A DNA stretch of 64,000 nt, taken from the NCBI GenBank assembly GCA_013265495.1, contig MU059176.1, positions 1-64,000 on the forward strand, given 5' to 3'. The stretch comes from Vicugna vicugna. Taxonomy: Eukaryota. This document shows positions 12,545 through 43,300 of the stretch, piece by piece (positions within the stretch are counted from its first letter, which is position 1; every line of letters starts with the position of its first letter). A model generated the notes under the pieces. The model did not search any database, had not been told where the DNA came from, and saw only the letters and a list, made by a program, of their open reading frames with translations. The translations under genes were made by a program, and so were the position numbers.

Positions 12545-12902
12545 TGTAAAACAAAATTCAACTGAGTAAATTTGAAAATCTAATTGGCTTTGTTAAACAA
12601 TTCATGAATCGGGCAGCATCCCGTCTAGTAAGTAGAAAAGTGCTCCTAGGAGCTGCACAAAATGGAAGATTTTTAATAGGCAGAAGAAAGAGTGGATTGT
12701 TTCAGGGAAGGTCACATTCCCTTATAGGAAGGCAAAAGGTCTTATCAGGCAGATTACCTTACTAGTGTTGCTTAGGAAAATCCAGACTGATTCTTTTAAG
12801 ATTCCACTCCTGATAGAGGCTGAAGCTGCAATTAGGTTAGATGTTAAATCTTGGTGGGGCTTAACACAAGTGACTCCGTTTGGGGCTTGTTTCTTTTTAA
12901 CA
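12545..12902 (-). mobile_element. Solo LTR, ERV1-like (MER4/MER57-group appearance)
   Basis: Minus strand reads TGTTAAAAAG...TTTTACA (TG...CA termini) with a TATA-like ctattaaaaa and the ERV1-type tail tgctgcccgattcatgaat...aagccaattagat...actcagttgaattttg; no clean TSD. Confidence 0.65.
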
Positions 12903-13069
12903 CCGCCATGAAACTCAGCACAGAATTAATCACTTAACACACATGCTTGACTGCCTACCACATGGTTGGGAGTCCTTTGCCCTGAGACAGACAACTTTTG
13001 AATTATCTTAAAATTTTGTAACTAGTTAGCCACCTAAGGGTTACAGTTATAATTGCATGAAATTCATAA

Positions 13070-13240
13070 TTGAGGCTTGTAAGCACTAAGTGTTTTGTGT
13101 ATATTAACTCATTTACTACTAACTATCCGCTTTTTTTTAAATTTTTTGAGGCAATAACTGAAGCAGAGAGGTTAATTAACTTGCTTGATGTCACATAGCT
13201 AGTAAGTAATGGACCTAGGATTTGAACCTAGGTTCTAACC
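13070..13240 (-). mobile_element. MIR SINE
   Basis: aactgaagcagagaggttaattaacttgc...gtcacatagctagtaagt...ggatttgaacctagg. Confidence 0.75.
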
Positions 13241-14249
13241 TGTCTTCAGAAAGAGGATGTAAGGATGGTAAGGAATTCCCTCTCTAAAATGTGATTTCAA
13301 ACTTCTCTATTCAACTCAAGAAGCACCTTCTCTGAGAATTTTTTTTTTCTGGGCAAAACCCTATAGTGAGAAGGGCATTTTTTTTAGCCTACCATCTGAT
13401 GTCAGCACATTCTGAACTTGAACTCTTTCTGGAAGAGCCAGTTGATAAGATGCTAAATATCAACATTATTCTTTAGTATAATGCCATGACATTTGTCTCT
13501 TCTGCCAAATTGAAATTTTAATATTTTTATCTATCTCACGGAGGCATATGTAGGATAGTTGTGAGCAATTTAGCCAGAAAAAAATGAAGAACTACTATTA
13601 AGACCTTTGGAGCTGCATGACTCCTTGTCCGAGATTCCCAGCTGTGTTTGTAGAGATAAAATTTGATTGTAGTTGCAAACAGGAACAAGAAGAGGTTGCC
13701 TCTCAACCCTCAAGTAGATCCCTGAAACTGAAGGCCATTTGGAACCCTGCCTCTTGCTCGCTAAATCTTGTATTCCAAAACCCTAAATCTGGGTACGTTA
13801 TTTTCTGAAATGGTTGCTCTTTCTTGCTTGTTGCTTAGGACGAGTGGCCATAGCATTATTAGAGTTTGACTAACCTCTAATGTCATCAAGCTTTTCAGTC
13901 TTTTGAAACTGGAATTCAGAAGACACTAAAACTTGTGTTGATAGTATTTTGGATTGGGGTTTTCCACACTCATGACACTGGAAGAATCACCCATAGGAAA
14001 CTACCTTAACAGACGCTATTTCTCGGCCTTACAGTTCACAAATGTAATGAGGTGCTTCTATTTGAGCAGGTTGCCTCATTTTGGTCGCGTAAATTGCTCT
14101 TTCCGCAGAAACAGTGAATGGAGAATTCTCCCTAAGGTCTGAGGTTTAAGTTCCTCGCTTTAGCCGCTATAGTATTCCAGGCATCGATCCTACCAGTAAA
14201 ATTGCCTGGAGATTGCCAGCACATCGAAAGTCTGTCTTCAGTGACTGCC

Positions 14250-34993
<20,744 letters not shown>

Positions 34994-35277
34994 ATGTCCC
35001 CAGCCCCCCTCCACCACCCAAGGGATCCTCGTGCTCTGGCCACTGCTCCACCAGATGGGCCAGAGCCACTCTGACCGCCACTCGCTCTCCCCTAGGCCGC
35101 AGCCGGACCCTCGCCATTCCCCCGACCCCCGTTTTCCAGGGGGGCTGTAATTTATAAGCTGAGGAAGGTGGTCAGACTTGCAGAGGACTGACCATCTCCC
35201 ACCCTGTTCCCTGCCTTCTTCCTCACACATTTTTTGTACATCGGGGCCCTTAGTTTTTATTCTTTTTATTATATATC

Positions 35278-35330
35278 TGTCTCTCTCTCTCTCTAGTGTG
35301 TGTGTGGTTGTGTGTGTGGGAGTGTGTGAG
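35278..35330 (+). repeat. Compound (TC)n(TG)n microsatellite in the GTPBP1 3' UTR
   Basis: tgtctctctctctctctagtgtgtgtgtggttgtgtgtgtgggagtgtgtgag. Confidence 0.85.
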
Positions 35331-36492
35331 GTGCAGAAGTGCGGCCGTTCAGGGCCCCGGCAGTCTTCTTCGCCTCCTCCGTGGCTGGCCACCAGCCTCC
35401 ATGAGCTAGCTGGCTACCTGTCCGTCTGTCTGTCCGTTTCTCTCTGTGAGAACCTTTCAGGGCTGTTGGGAGCTGAAGAGCACCCTCCTTCCCTGTGCTC
35501 ACTCTCCTCTGCGCCTGGAGCCCCACCTTGGAGCCGGCCTCGGGGCTCCCAGGTGACATGTCTGCTGCTGCCAGAGCAGGGAGCCTTCCCTCTGAGACTT
35601 GGGGATTTTAGCAGAGTGGAGAGTGGTGGTTCCTCTTTTCTCTTTCTCCCTCTTGTTCCCCTTAAGCCCCAAAAGAGATAATGCCAAAAGCTCTTAAGTT
35701 GTAACCTGTAGATGTGTGGAGGGTGTCAGTGATTGGATTGTAAGACCCTCCTTGCCCCTAACTCTGACCGTTGCCACTGACCCAAAGACAGCTGGTGGCT
35801 TTTCTTTCCCCTCGGAGACAATCCTTTGTTTGCCTGGCTGGCTGGGGCTACTCTTGCTCTGCTGATTCTGCTGAGCTGCCTCGTCCCAGGGCAGCCTCCT
35901 GCTTGAACTTCAACTCTGATTCTTGTTGGGCCTCGGGGCACTGATGACCAGGACTGGGGTCTGTCTGCTCAGGGCTGTGCTCACTAGCACCTCCTTTAGG
36001 TAGGAGTGCCAGCTGTTCCTCTGAGCCAGGTGGGGACTGGAGCCCCTCCTTCCCCACATCACCCCAGCATGGCTGCTACAGGAGTAAACAGTGAATGGCC
36101 TGAGCCCCAGATTCGGAAGCCTCAATTGAGGGAGGGCAGGTAGGAGGTGGTTAAAAAAGACTTCCAGACTGTAAGCCCTCTGGAAGAATCATTGCTTGGG
36201 GTGGGGGTAGTGTTGCCCAGGCCAGAGATGGCAACATGGGCCCCAAACCAGCCTGGTCTGCGCTGTAGATTGACGCCCTCACTTTAGAGTGGGCTGACGG
36301 GCAGAGATGTGTTCTTTCTCTAGCCTCGGCAGACACCCAAATGGCTGGGTCCTTCCTCAGCCTCACCTCCCTTCCGTCCCCAACCCTTCACCATTCTTCC
36401 TGCTTCTGGACTGCTGGTCCCCTCTCCTCCCCTCCTAACTATTTCTAGTTACCAGTGACCTGTGGCCATGGACCCACCAGACCAGCACACAA

Positions 36493-36498
36493 AATAAA
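36493..36498 (+). terminator. GTPBP1 proximal polyadenylation signal
   Basis: AATAAA followed by GU-rich gtttgttccaagttgatggtgttgtgtt. Confidence 0.65.
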
Positions 36499-37563
36499 AG
36501 TTTGTTCCAAGTTGATGGTGTTGTGTTCCCTGCCCGGCCCCTCCAGGTGGAGGTGCTGCCCTGGGGAACTCTTGCTCTGCCTGCCCTAGAGCCTCCAGCT
36601 GTGGGCTGGGCCGGGAGGAGCCAGCTTCTCCTGTCAGGCAGGCATGGCTTCAAAACCCAGGCTCCTCTGCCAGCTGTAACACAGGACAAGGTGCCAACCT
36701 CTGAACCTCAGTTTCCTCATCCACAGCAAGAGGTAGATGCCTACATCAGGTTGTTGTGAGGATCCACTGTGAAAATGTATGTGAGGCCCTGATGTGTCCG
36801 GCACATGGGAGGTACCTGGTGAATGGTCACCACACTGCTTATCACTGACACTGGCTCCCAACTCCATAGCAGAGGCTGCAACTCGGGGGACAGGCTCAAA
36901 AGGAGAAATGTGGCACTGACACGTCTCTGCTGTGTAGCTGGGCTGTGCCAGGCATTTCCTTCACTTCATGTTTTTTGATGCTCACAGCTACCATCTGTGT
37001 GGCAGTTGGCAGTAGTTATGTTTTTCTAGTTAAGGAAACTGAAGCTCAGAGGAGCAGCGGAGTGCCCCCAGCCTCTAGCCATTCCCAGTCACCCTCTCCA
37101 GCGTGTCCTCTGGCTCTTCCTGGTTCCTTTGTCTACCGGTTCTTTCCCTCTTGCTTTCTGACTCTGGTTCTGCTTACAGGGCTGCTGCCCACCGGTGCCT
37201 TCATAGCAGGAGTTCCAGCGTTGAATAACACCCCTGCTCTCTGTCCCTGTGGTGGGTGCTGTGGAATTTGTGTTTCCACAGGATTTGGCCTTGTGGGACC
37301 TTGGACCAGGCAGAACTGCATTTTGCCCCTGTGAGCATAACCACTTTCTTTACATTTGGAACCTGTGGCCTACACCCTGGCCCCTCCCTCAGACACTCAG
37401 GAGGTCAGTCTGGATCTCTGTGGTCACCAGGCCCACACCTGCTAGCCAGGGGGCTGACTACGGCATATTATTGTCATTAGCAGGGACTGCAAAGGTCTCG
37501 TGTGGGTCTCAGCCCTATGAACTATCTATTTGGAATGAAACACCAGCCCTTTTATAGTTGACA

Positions 37564-37569
37564 AATAAA
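37564..37569 (+). terminator. GTPBP1 distal polyadenylation signal
   Basis: AATAAA about 2.6 kb after the stop codon. Confidence 0.5.
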
Positions 37570-38723
37570 ATTGTTAATCCAATCATTTCAGATGGCAAAT
37601 CCTGACCCTTCTGTAATGCAGCTAGCATCTGTGGCATCATTAATTCATCCAGGCCCACTGTTCTTGCTTATTGGCCTCCCCAGCATGGAATAAGGTAACA
37701 GGAATGGGCTGTGGTGCAGCGGGAAGCACAGGTTTGGTTGGGGTTACGTGGGATGGACCAGAGAAAGGATGGTGTGAGGATTGTGCCATGAGGGGCCCAG
37801 AAGATTTGAGCTTGTGCACATGGGCTCCAGAGGGCATGGGCAGAGACCCTGAGCCCTGATGGTATGTGGCAAGTTCCAGGGACTCTTACTGGTGCTGTTC
37901 ACAGGTGTCTCCTTTGTTGAAAAATGGTGCTAAAATGCACTGCAGGTGTTGAGTGTGAACTAGGAGGAGGTGAAGCGAGCAGCAGTTGCTTGTGGGGTGA
38001 GCCCTAGATTAGCTCTTTCCCGGTGCAGAAAGCTGAGGGCTTGAGTTACTGAATTTGTTACTCCACCCAGCACCCTCTCCTGTGGCAGATTATCCCCTAA
38101 TTCCTCCCTACTGACCTGTTCCTGCCTTTATTTTCTCAGCTGTATGGGGCCCAGCCCTGGGCCAGGTGCCATGGTCAGGAGAGGCGCATTTCAGAGTCCA
38201 GTTGGGGAACCACCCCAAGCCCTTCGAGCTGCTCTTTGGAGGCACTGAATCTGGGAAGGTATTTGCAGGGAAGGGCCAGGACCTGCTCCCCTAAACTGGC
38301 AGGTTCTAGCTCTTCATCCCATCCCAACGAAGGTAGAAGGGACAAGTTAGTGTAACTCCCACAGAGGGGGTTTGCTGCGCTGATGGTGGACAGGCTCAGT
38401 GGTGACGTGGTAACTTTTTCTACCTTCTGCTCAAATGGCACTGAGAGGGAAGAGCCGTCTGCTTCATAATGGGACATCAGTGATGGCTAATAAAGCCACC
38501 TCACTTCTTTCTCTTGCCGACCCTTGAGCCCAGAGTCATGGGGATAGGGCCTGCCTCAGATCCCATCTCAGCTGGGTTTTAGCTGAGAGGCTTTGCTCTC
38601 TAAAGTTTAGGAGTAAGTCTTTGGGGCATTGTTCTGGCTAAGAATTTATTCTCTTTTCCCCAAGAACAGAGTCCCTGTACAACGGCCAGATAAAACCACA
38701 CACTCCGTTAATCCTGGGCATAA

Positions 38724-38729
38724 TTTATT
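38724..38729 (-). terminator. SUN2 polyadenylation signal
   Basis: AATAAA on minus about 1.55 kb after the stop, with GU-rich gtgtgtggtttt downstream; a second AATAAA at 38645-38650. Confidence 0.7.
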
Positions 38730-40282
38730 TTTTGCATAGGCATAAATTAGAATCTGGAGATTTAAAAAATTAACCAACAGTGCAGCATTTGTGACAGGAG
38801 AGCGCAAAACCTGGTTGTCTGGGGGCAGAGGCCAGTGCTGGAGGACCACAGGGTGGCTGGGGAGCCTTGCCTTCATTCCAGCTCCATCCTCCAGGAAGCC
38901 ATTCGGGGCACCCACCTGCACAGCAGCCCTTCCTGCCCCCTCCCCACAGGCCAGAATGACCCAGAGTTGGAACCAGTGTCCCAAGCCCCTCTTGGCAGCC
39001 AGGTTACAAGGAACTGAAATCACCCACTGCCCCACAGAACGGGGCTAGGAATCAAGCCCTTAGCTTTTCAGTTAAAAAAACAGACCTTGAAAAATATATA
39101 CATAATACATCAGGGACTGCTGGGTCCAAAAGCCCACATGTCAGCCCCCACCCTCTTCACCCAGCCCCCCAACCCTTACTGCCTACCCCCCATAGAAAAT
39201 GAGTCTGAAAGGAAACAGAATTGAGCAAGAGCTGAGAAAGCCCCAACAGGGTGGCTGAGGGTTAGGGGCCTCTTACATCAGGGGCCTGATGAGGGTTAGG
39301 GTAGAGCCAACAATGCAGAGTCCAGGGAGTCCCCTGCTCCCTACACTTTTAGCTGGCCCCAGATGGCCGTGGCCTCAAAGAATGAGGGCTCCCCGCACCC
39401 TGGGGGAATGTGGCAAGCTTGCTCTGGGACACGGGCAGGCCCTAGCAGGAATGGGGAGCAGAGTGCCCCAGTCCTAGCATCAGAGAGAAAGCAAGTACTG
39501 TCCCAGCAGAAGGGAATCCTATAGGGCTGGCTCCAGCCTCAGCCACACAGGCAGCAACCCTCAGAAGCTCACAGGAGCCAGACCTTCTAGGGTACAAGAA
39601 GCCCCATGGCTCACCTTGACCCAGGACAAATACAGTGTATAGAAGCCCTTCAGGAAACCCATGGACTAAGCTCCCCTAGGTTGCTGGCACTAGCTTTTTG
39701 GGGGAGCCCAGCTGCCCTCTCCCAGGAGCTTCCTGCCAGGGTACCAGTCCCAACCTGCACCCTGAGCACCCTCCTCCCAGAGGGCCTCACTTCCCTGCCT
39801 AGGGAGGGGGCGCAGCTCAGCTGCCCCAGGCTGCAGCCTGGTACTGACGGCTTTGGCACCTGCTTCGTTTACAACAGCAGCTCTCTGGATGCTGGCCCTC
39901 CCCTCGGGCAAGGGGCAAGCAGGTCTCACCCATCTCTGCTGGAACATGTGCACTCATTGTCTCTCCCTGCCTCCATTCCCCGTGACTTGCTACATATATA
40001 CACCCTCCCAGGAGTAGTGGCCGGTGCCTGGCACGCAGAGAGCAAAGAACGAAGAGAGACACCGGAGCCTGCTGTCCCCACCGAGCTGCCCGCCAGTCAA
40101 GAAAAGCCTGCGTGTTCTCTCTCGTCTCCGCTGGGCCAAGGGCTCTTCTTTCTTGCTCCTGGAAGTCAGTGTGCTTCAAGCGTGTGGGGGAAGTGGCAGG
40201 GGTGCTGCTCACCTACCCCCAGAGAAGGGGGCACGTGCTGAGAGGCGCTGGCCTCCCAGCTGGCCGGCAGCGCAGAGAAGGC

Positions 40283-40396
40283 TTAGTGGGCGGGTTCCCC
40301 GTGCACCCTGAAGCGGTAGATGCAGGTGTACTCGGGGTGGCCCCAGTTAGTCAGGATCCGCAGCTCCACCACCTGGTACGTGGCCATTTGAGGGTC
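40283..40396 (-). CDS. SUN2: SUN2 last coding exon
   Basis: DPQMATYQVVELRILTNWGHPEYTCIYRFRVHGEPAH*, TAA at 40283-40285. Confidence 0.96.
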   Translation of the reverse strand, partial: DPQMATYQVVELRILTNWGHPEYTCIYRFRVHGEPAH

Positions 40397-43300
40397 CTGG
40401 GTAGAGAAGGCAGGGGTAAGAGTCCTCAGGCCTCACCGACAGACAGCAGACCAGAGGGGAGACAGCCGCACCTAGGCCAGACGCACCTCCCGCCCAGGCC
40501 GCTGCAGAGAACCGGGCTTCAGACCCTGGAGCAGTTTTCAGCTGATGGGCCGAGGGGCCCCAGAGGCTTCAGGGGCCACCAACCCATGGTAGGCTGCACT
40601 CAAGGCCGGCTCATGGCCACATGAAGATGGCCTTGTAGCTGAGCACCAGCATGATTCATCCCAAACTGGGCTAAATTCACAGGAGCTCATTATTCACAAT
40701 GAACAGAACTAACTTCATGGAGGGTTTGATAATATTGATGCTGAAGAAGAATTCCTTTACTCTGAATTAAGCAGAATTATTTTCTCAAGTTCCCACCAGG
40801 CCTCTGTCTCCTCTGCTCATTTTCAGCTGAGGGCTGAAATGCCTTGGCCTGGTTGCCAGGCCTGCCTCTCTTCCTGCCTCTGTCCCTTTTCCACCTTACC
40901 CAGTTCTTCACACTAGGACTTGCCTGGGTGGCGCTCAGGCCACCTGCCACAGACTCACCTGAGCTGGAGACTGGGAATCTGTGTTTCTAACAAGGGCCTA
41001 GGAGACTGATGCCCACTCAGGTTGAGGCAAGAGGCCCCTCTCAGTGCCCCAGCCACACTGTGCTGCCTGAGGCCCAGCCGGGCATGCTCCTCAGACACCT
41101 GCCCTTCCCAGGCAGCCTTCCCCAACACCCCCATCTGGAAGGGGCCCCTCCCCTGCACTGATGTCTACTTGGGGCACCTCTCCCTCGCCACTTGGACAGC
41201 TATCTGTTCTTTACCTTGAGCTGTGGGAAAGCAGGGCTTCTCAGAACCCCCAGTGCCCGGCCTAAGGTAAGTACTCAAAACGTTTGCCGAGTGGATGGGA
41301 AAATAAATATGCCCCCTCTGCTAGTAAAATGGAATCCCATACCTGAAAATAAAATGTCTGAATGGGCTCCCCATCCTGGTCATAGGTGAACTGGCCAAGG
41401 AGCATCCCCTCCTGCTGCAGGTCTTCATCGAACCCCTGAAGAGAGAGTGAAGAAGGGAGGGAAGATCCTGCTCTTAAACGCGGGCCTTGGCCACCAGGGA
41501 GGAAGACCCTACCTCCCGATTCCCCCCTGGCCCCCTCCTAGCCGGCAGGGCAGGTACCAGCCTCTGCGGGGACTGCAGGGGCCTGAGCTCTGGACATGGG
41601 GCTGTCCTGTGGTCTGTGACAAGTCACTTAATGCCTTAGGCCTCGGTTTCTTCCTCTGCAGCCTGAGGAAATGCCATTTCCCACCTTGGCGCCATCTCTT
41701 CCGTATCTGCTCCCTTCCGCCCAACCAAAGAATGATCATAACTTTATCCTCAACAGAGACTCCCTGGGTCCTTCTGCAGCCCCTCTGGCCCCCCAGGTGG
41801 GATACTCACAAAGACAGCGAAGTCTTTGGGGGCACTGGAGATGGTGCTGTTGGGCGACAAGGACTTGGGTACATGCTCTAAGGTGACAGCAGTGGGGCGG
41901 ATGCGGGCAGAAAGGCGAACCACAGCAAAGCCCTGGGGACCCTGGAAGGCCCAGCAGTTGCCTGGGTGCACATCTGGCTGGAGGGGAAGAAAGTTGGGTC
42001 AACACACAGCAGGTCACGAAGGCAGCCAGCCCTGAGCACAGCTCTCGCTGACCTGGGAAAGGACAGTCACCCAGGCAACTAGTGCTCAGGGCCACACTCC
42101 TGCTGTTGCCCTCACTGGGTGCCTACCTGGAGAATGACTCGGGGAGACTGGGAGTGGTACCACAGAGGGATACCAAAGAGGCTGAGGAGGGCCGTCTTGG
42201 TCTCGTAGGTCTCAGAACATCGGGTACTGATAACACTGGCCCCTGAGACAGGAAAGAAAGACAGGGTGGGCGCCTGCGTGGCGAGGGAGACCCCGACAGC
42301 CGCTTGGCTCGCCAGCTCAGGGAACCCGAACAGGGACTGCTATTGCCCATCTCCTCTTTGAGAGCAAGTCCTCACACCTAACCCAGACCACAGAGCAGCT
42401 GTAAGCATCAACTCCTCCCCAGCCAGGGATGATGCTCAGTACATCCTGAATTCTTCCAAGTTTTCATCTGCCTTTGTTGCGAGTTCTGGGTTGGGTGATT
42501 TTTTCTGCTGATCTTAAGCCCTGCTTGCCTAGCACCACGGCTGCCCTGGCAGATGCAGGGGGCCTGCCAGTGTGGGGGAAGGGAGGACAGGTGTACACAC
42601 CTCCTGATTCCAGAGCATAGTCCACCATCCCGATGCGGTCCTCGCTGTAGCGCTTCAGAGCTTGGTTTACAATGTGGTGCACCTGCTAAAATACAGGCAC
42701 CCAGAGCAGTTGTAGTGGGACTCAGAGACTTGTCCACCCCTGTGTCCCCACTGTTAGGAGCCAGGAACCCATGGACTGAGCCCTCCTACGCCTGCACCAT
42801 GCTGGTGTCCAGACAATCATGTCACTTACCTAGGCATATGTGCACCTTCCCAAACCAACCCCAAACCAATGTGTGTGTGTGGGGGGGGACAGATTATCCA
42901 TTGGGGGCGGTCCAGGGACATACAGTCCTCACCTCCTCTGTCACCCCAATCACGCCTTCCTTCTGCAGCGTCAGCCCCAGGCTGGCCACAGCCTCCCTCG
43001 CCGACTTGCCCTGCATCTCAGCCACGTGGGCGAGGACCTTGCTCTCCAGCTCCTGCAACTGAGCTTGCATCTCCTCTCGCTGAAGGAGCCCCGTACGGGT
43101 TCCCCCACCTCGGAGAAGGAACTGGCTGATCCAGGCAGGGAACTGAGACTCCACCTAGGCACCAAAAAAAGGTCTCACTCTGGGAGGCTCACAGGGACAG
43201 TGGAAGCTGCCACGGCACAGCCCTGGCCAGGCTGGGGTGGTGCTGGGCTTGGGTAGAGGGGACAGGGAACACGCACCCTGCTGCAAGGGGAGAGCCCGTG

